Source of the DNA: an uncultured Clostridia bacterium | GTDB lineage: Bacteria > Bacillota > Clostridia > TANB77 > CAG-508 | NCBI GenBank assembly: GCA_949746675.1 | Contig: CATKDT010000047.1 | Location: 1-57,682, forward strand | Direction: 5' to 3' | Length of the DNA: 57,682 bases | Part shown: piece after piece, positions 10,098 through 18,829 of the stretch | Layout: every line of letters starts with the position of its first letter | Numbering within the stretch: the stretch's first letter is position 1 | Translations under genes and position numbers: made by a program | Notes under the pieces: model-generated | Told to the model about the DNA's origin: nothing | The model's database searches: none | Seen by the model: only the letters and a program-made list of their open reading frames with translations

Positions 10098-12497
10098 TTA
10101 TTTTAACTCAACAATTGTAACTCCATAGTCTCCTTCACCGAAAGGTGCAATATAAAAGTCTTTTACATATTTTGACCTTTTTAAGTACCTATGAATACCT
10201 TCTCTAAGTTTACCTGTCCCTTTACCATGAACAACTCTAACCTTATGAAGCCCAGCCATTTTGCAATTATCTAGATATTTTTCCAATATATCAACTGCAA
10301 CATCTACAGTTTCACCGAGAAGGTTAATTTCAGTAGAGATAGACATTGCTTTTCTATTTTGAATATAGCTAGAAGATACTGATTTTTGAGCATTAGAAGA
10401 TTTACCTTTTTTGCCATTTGAAATATCAAGCCTGTTAGCGTCTTTATTGTTTAATTTTAATAGAACGCTTAAATCAAGACCGCTTCCAGAATTACTCTCT
10501 TTAATAGAATTATTTAATTGATTACGTAAGTTATTAGCTTTTTTAATATCTTTGGTATGTGAAAGTTCACTTATTATAGAATTTGCCTCTTTTTTAGCAT
10601 TTATAAGAATTTCTCTAGCTTCAGTTTTAGCTTTTTCAACTTTTTCTTGTTCAGATATTAATTTATTAGAATGTTCACTTTCTAAGGACTTTCTTAAATT
10701 TTCAACCTGATTTAAATTTTTATCAATTTCGGCTTGCTTTTCTTCAATATCCTTTTTAGTATCATAGATATGTTTTAATAAAGTCTCAATGTCAGTGTCA
10801 GGTTTACTAATTAGTGAAGATGCTCTATCTATAATCTCATCATTAATTCCAATTCTCCTGCAAATAGCAAAAGCATTACTTTTTCCAGGAATACCAATTA
10901 ATAAGTGATATGTAGGCTTCATGTTTTTTATATCAAACTCACAACTTGCATTTTCAAAACCTTCATGTGAAATACAATAAGTTTTCATTTCATGATAATG
11001 AGTAGTTGCCACTGTAAAAGCTCCTCTTTTATGAAAGGTTTCAATCAAACTGATGGCAAGACTTGAGCCTTCAATAGGATCTGTACCAGAGCCAAGCTCA
11101 TCAACTAAAATTAAACTATTTTCAGTAAAGCAATCTAGTATTTGAACAATATTGGTAATATGAGATGAAAATGTACTTAAGGATTCTGCAATGCTTTGTT
11201 CATCACCAATATCAGCAAAGATATTGTCAAAAACTTTTATAGAACTTCCAGATGCTACTGGTATATGTAAGCCAGCTTGAGCCATAGCACAAAGAAGCCC
11301 AACAGTTTTCAAAGTTACAGTTTTACCACCAGTATTAGGTCCTGTAATAACTAGAGTTCTAAAGTGTTTTTTATTGTCATCTATAATTAAAGGCTTAGTT
11401 GTTTCATTAGTTAATTCAAAGTGATTATTTATGCTATTTTGAACTCCTAAGTAAATTGAAGTAGGGACAACACTATCCTTTGAAATCAATGGATGTCTAG
11501 CATTTTTAAAATTTATAAAATTATCAATCTTAGGCATGACACAGTTATGGTCAATAGAATATTTAGCTTTACTAACAATAAAATCAATCATACCAATTGA
11601 ATTAATAGTTTCTTTTAAATTATTAAAAATAGGATACAGCATGCTTGATAAATTTTCAAGTATTACATCAATTTCTCTATTTTCATCAATAGTTAAATTA
11701 TTAATAGTATTATTCATTTCAAAAATTGCAACTGGTTCAATATATACAGTAGAACCACTACTTGATACATCATGAATAAAGCCTTTTACAAAGCTTTTAT
11801 ATTCATCCTTAACAGGAATAACATATCTGTCATTACGAATAGTAACAACACTATCCATCAAATATTTTGAATATGATGCAGAATGAATAATTGAGTTAAG
11901 TTTAGACTTAATTTGGGATTCTAAATTCTTCTTATTATGCCTAATAGATGCAAGCTTAGAAGAAGCATTATCAGCAATTTCATCTTCGGAAATAATACTA
12001 AAAAGTATCTTATCTTCTATATTTTTATTAGTATATAGTTTATCAAAATATCTATTTAAAAAGGTAAATTCATTATTATTACTGTCAATTGAGTTTTTAT
12101 TATGTAAGTATGAGGAGTTGTTATCAAAGGAACTTTTATTATCTTCATATTTAGAACTTTTTAAATTCTGTCCGCTTTTATAATATTCTAAAAGTTCTCT
12201 TGAATTTTTTAAAACATTTGCCATATTTAATAAAAACTTTGCATTTAATGGGATTGAACTTTCAAGCTTTTTCAATGGCAAACTCATATCATCAATAAAT
12301 TCAAGTGGAAATCCACCAAGTAGGTGAATTAATTCACATGCTTCGCTAGTTTCAGACAGCATATTAAAAACTTTTTCACTGTTTGTTGAAGGTTCAAGTT
12401 TACTTGCAATATTTTTACCAATAAAAGTATGGCAATTATTTGAAATTTTTTCTACTATAATATTAAATTCTAATTTATCTAAATATTTTTTTATCAT
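10098..12497 (-). CDS. mutS2: Endonuclease MutS2 (MutS-family ATPase with C-terminal Smr domain)
   Basis: Walker A ITGPNTGGKTVTLKTVGL, DELGSGTDP, and a C-terminal Smr segment VRVVHGKGTGKLREGIHRYL. Confidence 0.93.
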   Translation of the reverse strand: MIKKYLDKLEFNIIVEKISNNCHTFIGKNIASKLEPSTNSEKVFNMLSETSEACELIHLLGGFPLEFIDDMSLPLKKLESSIPLNAKFLLNMANVLKNSRELLEYYKSGQNLKSSKYEDNKSSFDNNSSYLHNKNSIDSNNNEFTFLNRYFDKLYTNKNIEDKILFSIISEDEIADNASSKLASIRHNKKNLESQIKSKLNSIIHSASYSKYLMDSVVTIRNDRYVIPVKDEYKSFVKGFIHDVSSSGSTVYIEPVAIFEMNNTINNLTIDENREIDVILENLSSMLYPIFNNLKETINSIGMIDFIVSKAKYSIDHNCVMPKIDNFINFKNARHPLISKDSVVPTSIYLGVQNSINNHFELTNETTKPLIIDDNKKHFRTLVITGPNTGGKTVTLKTVGLLCAMAQAGLHIPVASGSSIKVFDNIFADIGDEQSIAESLSTFSSHITNIVQILDCFTENSLILVDELGSGTDPIEGSSLAISLIETFHKRGAFTVATTHYHEMKTYCISHEGFENASCEFDIKNMKPTYHLLIGIPGKSNAFAICRRIGINDEIIDRASSLISKPDTDIETLLKHIYDTKKDIEEKQAEIDKNLNQVENLRKSLESEHSNKLISEQEKVEKAKTEAREILINAKKEANSIISELSHTKDIKKANNLRNQLNNSIKESNSGSGLDLSVLLKLNNKDANRLDISNGKKGKSSNAQKSVSSSYIQNRKAMSISTEINLLGETVDVAVDILEKYLDNCKMAGLHKVRVVHGKGTGKLREGIHRYLKRSKYVKDFYIAPFGEGDYGVTIVELK

Positions 12498-12619
12498 AAC
12501 AACTCTATTATACTAGGGAGTTTAAAAACTGTCAACATGAATTAAATAACACATAAAAGTATTTTATAAATTAGAATTTATAAAAATTACAATCATTGGG
12601 AATTATTTAGGAAAAATAC

Positions 12620-12665
12620 TTGAAATAAGTAGAAAAATAATGTATAATAAATAGTACGCCCGTTT
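12620..12665 (+). promoter_or_regulatory. Sigma-A type promoter with a LexA-box-like element, resembling the recA promoter of this window
   Basis: TTGAAA (12620-12625), 17 nt spacer, TGnTATAAT (-10 at 12643-12648), then GTACGCCCGTTT (12654-12665). The recA promoter has the same layout with GAACACGCGTTT (33655-33666) and shares downstream TTTAG..AATGCA..AAAG. The left half-site is GTAC rather than GAAC. Confidence 0.35.
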
Positions 12666-12696
12666 AGAAAATGCACAAAGGGGAGATTAGACAGAA

Positions 12697-13665
12697 ATGA
12701 ATGTAAAGCTCAAGTGGTGTATTTGCGCAATATTAGCAGGAATTATAGGAATAATGGCGTGTTATACGCTTAATGTAGGCAAAGAGTCTGCAGAGAAACT
12801 TATTTCTATTGTTCAAAATGCGATAGGGCCAAGAATACCAACGGACGAAGACCTAAACAACTTAAAACAAGAAATGGAGGATGTAATAACATACCTAGAA
12901 GAACATGAGCTCGAAAAGGCAGAAATTGAAGCTATGTACCAAGTTGTACAAGCTGACTTAGTTTGTAGCGAAGCAAATCGGGATTTTAACACATTAGAAG
13001 CAAAATACCTCGAATATGTAGAAAGAAGTGATGAAATCCAAAAACATATCGCAGAACTAGAGTCAGAGTATTATGAGTATATAGCTTTAATTGACAACAT
13101 ACCTAATTTTTCAGCAGCACACAAAATACATGTGCAAAAAGCTCTAGATGAAGTTATTGAACCAATGTATTCCAACATATGTGAACAAAAGGAAACGTAT
13201 GTTCTTGACAGAGGAGAAGTCGAAAGTATATATATAGCAGCGAAAAAGATAGCAGATGATTTCTTTGAAGAATACTACGACCTAATGTGTCACATCGTAA
13301 ACGCAGAAGCAGGATCTCTTAATTATAGCTCAGTAGCACACCTCTACACTCAAGAAGAAATCGAGGAAATGAAAAGTATGGAAAGATGTAAAGTTGCACG
13401 GATAATGGAACTTCGTGTTAAAAGCCCATATTTTGAGGAAACTACTATAAGAGCTGTAGTATATGCGCCTGGACAATATGCACCAGTAGCATCAGGATCG
13501 ATTAATAATCCACCCAATAAGCAGACTTGTATTGATATGGAAAATTTCTTACGTGGAAGAGTAGAAACAGGTTTGCCAGAAAATGTTGTTTACCAAGCGT
13601 TATTTACACAAGGAAGTGGTGTGTATGAACACACACCAAGCGGACATTATTTTTGTTACCACTAA
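12697..13665 (+). CDS. Membrane-anchored protein with a coiled-coil region and a C-terminal SleB-type cell wall hydrolase (Hydrolase_2) domain
   Basis: N-terminal TM segment (WCICAILAGIIGIMACY). C-terminal HIVNAEAGS...CKVARIMELRVKSPYFEETTIRAVVYAPGQYAPV matches the SleB/CwlJ-family pattern (AEA...V..NR...fp.ti..Vv..pgQF.p). GGGGAG Shine-Dalgarno. Confidence 0.7.
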   Translation: MNVKLKWCICAILAGIIGIMACYTLNVGKESAEKLISIVQNAIGPRIPTDEDLNNLKQEMEDVITYLEEHELEKAEIEAMYQVVQADLVCSEANRDFNTLEAKYLEYVERSDEIQKHIAELESEYYEYIALIDNIPNFSAAHKIHVQKALDEVIEPMYSNICEQKETYVLDRGEVESIYIAAKKIADDFFEEYYDLMCHIVNAEAGSLNYSSVAHLYTQEEIEEMKSMERCKVARIMELRVKSPYFEETTIRAVVYAPGQYAPVASGSINNPPNKQTCIDMENFLRGRVETGLPENVVYQALFTQGSGVYEHTPSGHYFCYH

Positions 13666-13717
13666 CCCTTAAAAGATTGAAAACCTAAGTAGGTAACTAT
13701 CTAAAATGAGCAAAACA

Positions 13718-13749
13718 AAAAGAGCCCTGGCAGATGCCAGAGCTCTTTT
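13718..13749. terminator. Shared hairpin terminator between the two convergent islet genes
   Basis: aaaagagc-cctggc / gccag-agctctttt stem with a 4-nt loop. An A-run lies on one side and a T-run on the other. Confidence 0.7.
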
Positions 13750-13825
13750 GTCATACATATAAATGTTAGAATTTTGTTACTGAACTGTTTTAAGCCACAA
13801 GTGATGTTGACTAGGTGTATATTTC

Positions 13826-14566
13826 TTACTTGGCAGCAGTTCCCATATAAGGGTTTTGTATTGCGGTTTCTTCAGAAGAGTGAGCTTCCTCCTTTTTCTT
13901 TTTCTTCTCAGCCTGCCAGTTGTATAACTTGCCATACGCAGCAAGACCGCCAAAAATCAGGCATTCTACTACAAAGAATACAACTAAGGCAATGCCAAGA
14001 GCGACAAGACCAACTTGACGGATGAGGTTATCCATATAGGCTCCAAGAGAATTGTAATTGCGGGATATTTGAGTAATATCATCATTTTCGTCGAGCCATA
14101 CAGTAACCACGGCATCAAAGTAGCCGTTTTTGATGGAACATATGACTTGGGTTTGTCCGTTCTCATAGCTGGTTTCGTACGTGCCACCGTATTCGTCCAA
14201 GTATTGCCGAAGCTCCCTGTCGTCAAGTCCTTCACCTTTAACAAGGCATGGCATAATTTCTTTCACCGAACCATCGGACAGAGTGATTTTCTTGGATTCC
14301 AGTTTCACTGTGCCGTCAGACTGAGAGACCTTTACACCGCAGAGCACCTCTTCGATAGTTTCATAGGTGTCGTCGTTGTACTTGTACGCGTCATTGCGGA
14401 TGTAGTTTAAGGCAAAGAGAAAGGCGCCAAGCAGGCAGATGCAGAACGGCAGGATGATGAGGAGAGAGGTCAAAATGACGCCCAAAGGCTTCTTGGGGTT
14501 CTCCCGAACCTTTTCCAAGATAGGCTTCTTTTCTCCAGGGGTGGTGCTCTTTTTGAACAGTTTCAT
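13826..14566 (-). CDS. Hypothetical bitopic membrane protein with two TM segments flanking a domain of about 140 aa and a Lys-rich C-terminal tail
   Basis: AAGGAGG Shine-Dalgarno. TM segments LGVILTSLLIILPFCICLLGAFLFAL and VGLVALGIALVVFFVVECLIFGGLAAY. On the minus strand a TTGCAT-17-TATAAT promoter lies at 14666-14694. I recognise no family. Confidence 0.6.
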   Translation of the reverse strand: MKLFKKSTTPGEKKPILEKVRENPKKPLGVILTSLLIILPFCICLLGAFLFALNYIRNDAYKYNDDTYETIEEVLCGVKVSQSDGTVKLESKKITLSDGSVKEIMPCLVKGEGLDDRELRQYLDEYGGTYETSYENGQTQVICSIKNGYFDAVVTVWLDENDDITQISRNYNSLGAYMDNLIRQVGLVALGIALVVFFVVECLIFGGLAAYGKLYNWQAEKKKKKEEAHSSEETAIQNPYMGTAAK

Positions 14567-14820
14567 GATGTACGTTCCTCCTTAATGTATGTGTGTGTTG
14601 TTTACTAACTCAAAAAAACGAGCCAGCTTGCTACGGAATTGCGAATAAACGCAAAGCCATATTCTATTATACCATAAATTGTAAGTGAATGCAAGTACTT
14701 TGTAAAAATTTGCTAGAATTAGTCAAATATTTATAGTATATTGAGTAGAATGTAAAGAACCATATTTGTCAATTTACAAAGTAGGAGCAATTATGAGAAG
14801 TATTATATTTATGTAAATAA

Positions 14821-14866
14821 TTGACAAAGTCAAGAAAAAAACATATAATTATTGTATTGTAATACA
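14821..14866 (+). promoter_or_regulatory. Consensus sigma-A promoter followed by a short palindrome (candidate operator) upstream of the DtxR-family gene
   Basis: TTGACA (14821-14826), 17 nt spacer, TATAAT (14844-14849), then TGTATT-GT-AATACA (14853-14866). Confidence 0.5.
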
Positions 14867-14931
14867 GTAATATAAAAATAATAAATGAAAAATAATATTT
14901 ATTACTGTGAAAAGTAAAAGAGGAAAATTTT

Positions 14932-15375
14932 ATGAAATTGACGAATAGCCAAGAAGAATATTTAAAAGTAATATATATATTAAAAAATACCGAAAATGAA
15001 ATAAAAGTAACAGAAATTGCGAAGAAACTTAATATTACAAAAGCAAGTGTTAATAGTGGGATTAAGTCTTTAAAAGATGCAGGATTAATTAATTATGAGC
15101 CATATAAACAAATTGAATTGACAGAACAAGGAGAAAGAGAAGCTATAAAAATAATTGAGGCATATGATATTGTCAAACTATTTTTAACTGATATTATTGG
15201 AGCAAAAAAAGAAAATGTTGAAGAAGAGGCAAAAAATATAAAAACAATTTTAAGTGACGATAGTATTAACAAACTTGCAATATATACACATAAGACCCTT
15301 GGACTTCATAGTTTAGAATGTGGATATGATATTAATAATGAAAAATGTATTAAATGTGCTAGAAGAGGAAATTAA
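14932..15375 (+). CDS. DtxR/MntR-family metal-dependent transcriptional repressor
   Basis: SQEEYLKVIYIL...VTEIAKKLNITKASVNSGIKSLKDAGLINYEPYKQIELTEQGEREA matches the DtxR-type wHTH plus dimerisation helix pattern. Confidence 0.75.
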   Translation: MKLTNSQEEYLKVIYILKNTENEIKVTEIAKKLNITKASVNSGIKSLKDAGLINYEPYKQIELTEQGEREAIKIIEAYDIVKLFLTDIIGAKKENVEEEAKNIKTILSDDSINKLAIYTHKTLGLHSLECGYDINNEKCIKCARRGN

Positions 15376-15377
15376 TA

Positions 15378-16517
15378 ATGAGAAAAGTTTTATTAGGAAT
15401 GAGTGGAGGAGTTGATAGTTCTGTTTCAGCCATTTTACTAAAAAATGCAGGATACGAAGTATATGGAGCTACGATGCAGCTATATGAAGGTGGATGCTGT
15501 AATTTGAATTCAGACTTGGATGCAAAAAATGTGTGCAAGAATATAGGAATAGAACACTGTATAATTGATTATAGAAATGAATTTAAAGAAAATGTTATAA
15601 ATAATTTTATTGAAGAATATAGTAAATGCAAAACTCCAAATCCTTGTATAGAATGTAATAGATATTTAAAGTTTGGAGCAATGTATAATAAAGCTAAATC
15701 ACTTGGAATTGATTATATATCAACAGGTCATTATGCAAAAACAGAGTATAGTGATAAGTATGCTAGATATGTTTTAAAGAAATCAAACAACATAGCAAAA
15801 GACCAAAGCTATGTATTATATAGTATTCCAAAAGAATTACTTTCAAAAATTATATTTCCACTTGGAGAATTTGAAAGCAAAGAAGAAATTAGAAATATTG
15901 CAAAAGAATATAATTTAAAAGTTGCTAATAAGCCAGATAGTGAAGATATATGTTTTATTCCAAATGGAAATTATAAGAGTTTTTTAGAACAAAATTCTAA
16001 TTTAACACCGAATATTGGAGATATTGTAAACACGAAAGGAAAAATTCTTGGAAAACATAAAGGTCTATACAACTATACAATTGGTCAAAGAAAAGGATTA
16101 GGAATATCTTATAAAGTTCCTCTATTTGTTATTGGATTTAACAAAGAGAGAAATGAAGTAATTGTTGGAGAAGAAAGTGAACTTTATCAAAAAGAAGTAT
16201 TTGTAAAAGATGTAAATTTATTATTAGTTGACGATATTGATAAACCAATTAAAGTAAATGTAAAAACGAGATATTCAAGTAAAGAAGCAAAGGCTGTAAT
16301 TGAAAAAGTTGATATTAGTAATTTAAAAAATAAAATAATTGAAAAAAATAATTTATATAACGAATATGAAATTATGAATTTGAATGAAAACAGTTTAAAT
16401 GAAGATTATATTGTAAAAATAACATTTGACGAGCCACAAGCACGTATAACTCCAGGACAATCAGCTGTATTTTATATTGATGATATTGTTTTAGGTGGAG
16501 GAAAGATTATGCAATAA
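15378..16517 (+). CDS. mnmA: tRNA 2-thiouridine(34) synthase MnmA
   Basis: PP-loop GMSGGVDSSVSA, NPCIECNRYLKF, DQSYVLY. Full length. Confidence 0.92.
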   Translation: MRKVLLGMSGGVDSSVSAILLKNAGYEVYGATMQLYEGGCCNLNSDLDAKNVCKNIGIEHCIIDYRNEFKENVINNFIEEYSKCKTPNPCIECNRYLKFGAMYNKAKSLGIDYISTGHYAKTEYSDKYARYVLKKSNNIAKDQSYVLYSIPKELLSKIIFPLGEFESKEEIRNIAKEYNLKVANKPDSEDICFIPNGNYKSFLEQNSNLTPNIGDIVNTKGKILGKHKGLYNYTIGQRKGLGISYKVPLFVIGFNKERNEVIVGEESELYQKEVFVKDVNLLLVDDIDKPIKVNVKTRYSSKEAKAVIEKVDISNLKNKIIEKNNLYNEYEIMNLNENSLNEDYIVKITFDEPQARITPGQSAVFYIDDIVLGGGKIMQ

Positions 16518-16539
16518 AAATTTAGTAAGGGGAAATAAA

Positions 16540-17238
16540 ATGAAAAATCAATTCTCAAGAACTGAATTACTAATTGGTAAAGCAGGAGTTGAAAAAATAA
16601 AAAAATCTAAAGTGGTAGTATATGGAATTGGTGGGGTTGGCTCATATACAGTAGAAGCTTTAGCCAGAGCAGGAGTAGGGCATTTGGTATTAATTGATGT
16701 TGACAATGTAGATATAACAAATATTAACAGACAAATAATGGCTCTACATTCTACTATTGGAAAAAGAAAAGTAGATGTCATGAAGGAAAGAATATTAGAT
16801 ATTAACCCACATGCAAAAGTAGATATTTATGAACCTGATGATATTAAAGGTGGAGAAGAAAATCTTTTAGATGAAAGCTTTACATATGCTGTTGATGCTA
16901 TTGATACAATGTTATCTAAATTAAAAGTAATTGAAAAAGCATATAGTTTAGGAATTAATATTATATCTGCTACAAGTGCTGGAAACAAACTAGATCCAAC
17001 AATGTTTGAAGTTTCTGATATACATGAAACGTCAGTATGTCCAGTATGTAGAATTCTAAGAAAAGAACTAAAGATTAGAGGTATCAAAAAGCACAAGGTA
17101 GTATATTCAAAAGAAACTCCAGTAAAATTAATACAAGACGAAGATCAAAATAATACATTAGGAAGCATAGCATTTGTTCCAAGTGTTATGGGCTTAATTG
17201 TCGCAGGAGAAGTTATAAAAGATATAATAAACAGTTGA
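16540..17238 (+). CDS. tcdA: ThiF/E1-like tRNA threonylcarbamoyladenosine dehydratase (TcdA/CsdL family)
   Basis: VVVYGIGGVGSYTVEALARAGVGHLVLIDVDNVDITNINRQ. I prefer the ATG at 16540, which has a GGGGA Shine-Dalgarno, over the track start at 16495, which overlaps mnmA. Confidence 0.75.
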   Translation: MKNQFSRTELLIGKAGVEKIKKSKVVVYGIGGVGSYTVEALARAGVGHLVLIDVDNVDITNINRQIMALHSTIGKRKVDVMKERILDINPHAKVDIYEPDDIKGGEENLLDESFTYAVDAIDTMLSKLKVIEKAYSLGINIISATSAGNKLDPTMFEVSDIHETSVCPVCRILRKELKIRGIKKHKVVYSKETPVKLIQDEDQNNTLGSIAFVPSVMGLIVAGEVIKDIINS

Positions 17239-17274
17239 CTTTTTTACTTTTAAATTATATTATAATTATAATGT

Positions 17275-17350
17275 GCTACCATAGCTCAGTTGGTAGAGCA
17301 ACGCCCTCGTAATGCGTAGGTCGTGAGTTCGATTCTCACTGGTAGCTCCA
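17275..17350 (+). tRNA. tRNA-Thr (anticodon CGU) with encoded CCA
   Basis: The cloverleaf folds by hand. Acceptor GCTACCA/TGGTAGC, D-arm GCTC-AGTTGGTA-GAGC, anticodon loop CTCGTAA, T-arm GTGAG-TTCGATT-CTCAC, discriminator T, then CCA. Confidence 0.9.
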
Positions 17351-17374
17351 TTAATATATTAAGGGTGGTATTTA

Positions 17375-17974
17375 ATGATAAAAAACATAGTATTTGATTT
17401 AGGAGGAGTGCTAATTGAATATAAACCTGAAAGGTACCTAGAACATATAGGATATAGTAAAGAAGAAATTAAATTATTTACAAAGATAATATTTTATGGT
17501 GAAGAATGGGATGAATATAATTCTTCAAAATATAGTATCTTAGAAACAAAGCAAAGATTAATACAAAGATATCTAGAGCATATAAATAAAATAAATGAAA
17601 TATTTAACAACATTGACTTTAAATATATACTATTTGAAATAAAAGATACGGCTAAGTATTTAAAGGAACTAAATGATAGAGGATATAATATTTATATCTT
17701 ATCTGATTCAAGTATAGAAAGTCACAATCATAATAAGCAATTTAATTTTTTTAACTATATAAAAGGTGGAGTTTACTCTTTTGAAATAGGAACAACAAAG
17801 CCAAATGAAAATAATTATAAAACATTATTAGAAAAATATAAACTAATTCCAGAAGAAACAATATTTATTGATGATAAAAAATGTAATGTGGAAGTAGCCA
17901 ATAATTTTGGCATACATGGGATACGATTTACAGTATTAGATAAATTGAAAAAAGAATTAGAACAATATATATAA
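17375..17974 (+). CDS. HAD-superfamily hydrolase (subfamily IA-like)
   Basis: N-terminal IVFDLGGVLIE motif and C-terminal IFIDDKKCNVEVA. Confidence 0.7.
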   Translation: MIKNIVFDLGGVLIEYKPERYLEHIGYSKEEIKLFTKIIFYGEEWDEYNSSKYSILETKQRLIQRYLEHINKINEIFNNIDFKYILFEIKDTAKYLKELNDRGYNIYILSDSSIESHNHNKQFNFFNYIKGGVYSFEIGTTKPNENNYKTLLEKYKLIPEETIFIDDKKCNVEVANNFGIHGIRFTVLDKLKKELEQYI

Positions 17975-17997
17975 AAAGAGGCTTTTAAGCCTCTTTT
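17974..17997 (+). terminator. Rho-independent terminator of the HAD gene
   Basis: aaaagaggct-ttta-agcctctttt perfect hairpin. Confidence 0.8.
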
Positions 17998-18128
17998 GCT
18001 TCTTTGACTGCTGCTTCATATACATTTTCACCTTCATCAACATAGCCAGCAGGAAGTACAAGAAGTCCACACCAAAGATTTGTTCCTTGCCTTCTTTGTA
18101 GTAAAATATTTCCACTTTCATCTTTCTT
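17985..18128 (-). pseudogene. Nudix hydrolase remnant (about 47 codons, no start codon, truncated inside the Nudix box)
   Basis: Minus-strand translation is KKDESGNILLQRRQGTNLWCGLLVLPAGYVDEGENVYEAAVKEAKEA*, which matches the front of a Nudix box (G-x5-E-x7-[RK]E). An in-frame stop lies immediately upstream (18129-18131). The 3-prime end runs into the HAD terminator. Confidence 0.6.
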
Positions 18129-18286
18129 TTATTATTAAATAATGCAATGCTTATAAATAAAGAAGAAGCAGATGAATTTATACTAACTATAATTGTTTTA
18201 ATGCATGATAATTTATAAAAAACTTATATAATTATTTAGTTTTAAGTGTGCTTTACATAATTATTGTAATTAAATGGAAAAACAAC

Positions 18287-18315
18287 TTGAAATATTTTCC
18301 TATATATGCTATAAT
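18287..18315 (+). promoter_or_regulatory. Sigma-A promoter with extended -10
   Basis: TTGAAA (18287-18292), 17 nt spacer, TGcTATAAT (-10 at 18310-18315). Confidence 0.55.
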
Positions 18316-18352
18316 GAAATGTACAAGTAATTATAGAATAGAAAGGAAATAT

Positions 18353-18829
18353 ATGAGTATTTTATCAAGAGTTTATGGAATAATGGGAGATGGCACAATT
18401 CTATCAGCAGAAAATGTAGCAAAAAATCACAATGAATTGTCATTAGAATTATATGGTGAATTTTTGGAAACATTAACTTCACAGCAAAGAGAGTTAGCCC
18501 AAGGCACAGTTAGTGCCCATTGGCCAGCAGCAGGAGCGGTAGTGAAAAATAGAAAAGACTTGATTTTTTTAGAACTACTTGGAGAAGATATTGACATACC
18601 ATTTTGTGTAACATTAGTACCTACAATTCCATCAAGTAAACAATTATTAATGGCTAAGGAAAGATATGAAACAATGAAGGATATGTACTTTATAGACGTT
18701 ACTAATTGTAATGGAAGCGAATTTACTAATCATATTGATTTTAAACCTTTTAAAATTTTATATGAATATCTAGATAATAGAAGCCGAGTAAGGGAAAAAG
18801 TCGAAGTTGGAGACGATATAGATTTATAA
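18353..18829 (+). CDS. Hypothetical cytoplasmic protein (158 aa), orphan
   Basis: ATG at 18353 with a GAAAGGA Shine-Dalgarno. The longer track start at 18248 reads through the promoter. An acacctc/gaggtgt hairpin lies downstream at about 18838-18880. I recognise no motif. Confidence 0.55.
   Translation: MSILSRVYGIMGDGTILSAENVAKNHNELSLELYGEFLETLTSQQRELAQGTVSAHWPAAGAVVKNRKDLIFLELLGEDIDIPFCVTLVPTIPSSKQLLMAKERYETMKDMYFIDVTNCNGSEFTNHIDFKPFKILYEYLDNRSRVREKVEVGDDIDL

Larger units (their letters stand above)
12640..14700. other. GC-richer two-gene islet (convergent SleB-like hydrolase and membrane protein) inside AT-rich flanks. Probable horizontally acquired remnant.
   Basis: By eye the G+C is clearly higher (roughly 40-45 percent against under about 30 percent in the flanks). 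Codon usage differs: CGG, CGC, CTG and GCC codons that are rare elsewhere. No integrase or transposase is adjacent. Confidence 0.6.

Noticed and set aside
13774-14410. ORFs 13774-14025, 13984-14244 and 14015-14410 inside the GC-rich islet
   Set aside because: GC-richer DNA gives long spurious open frames. They overlap the 246-aa membrane protein gene, which has an AAGGAGG Shine-Dalgarno, a promoter and a terminator.
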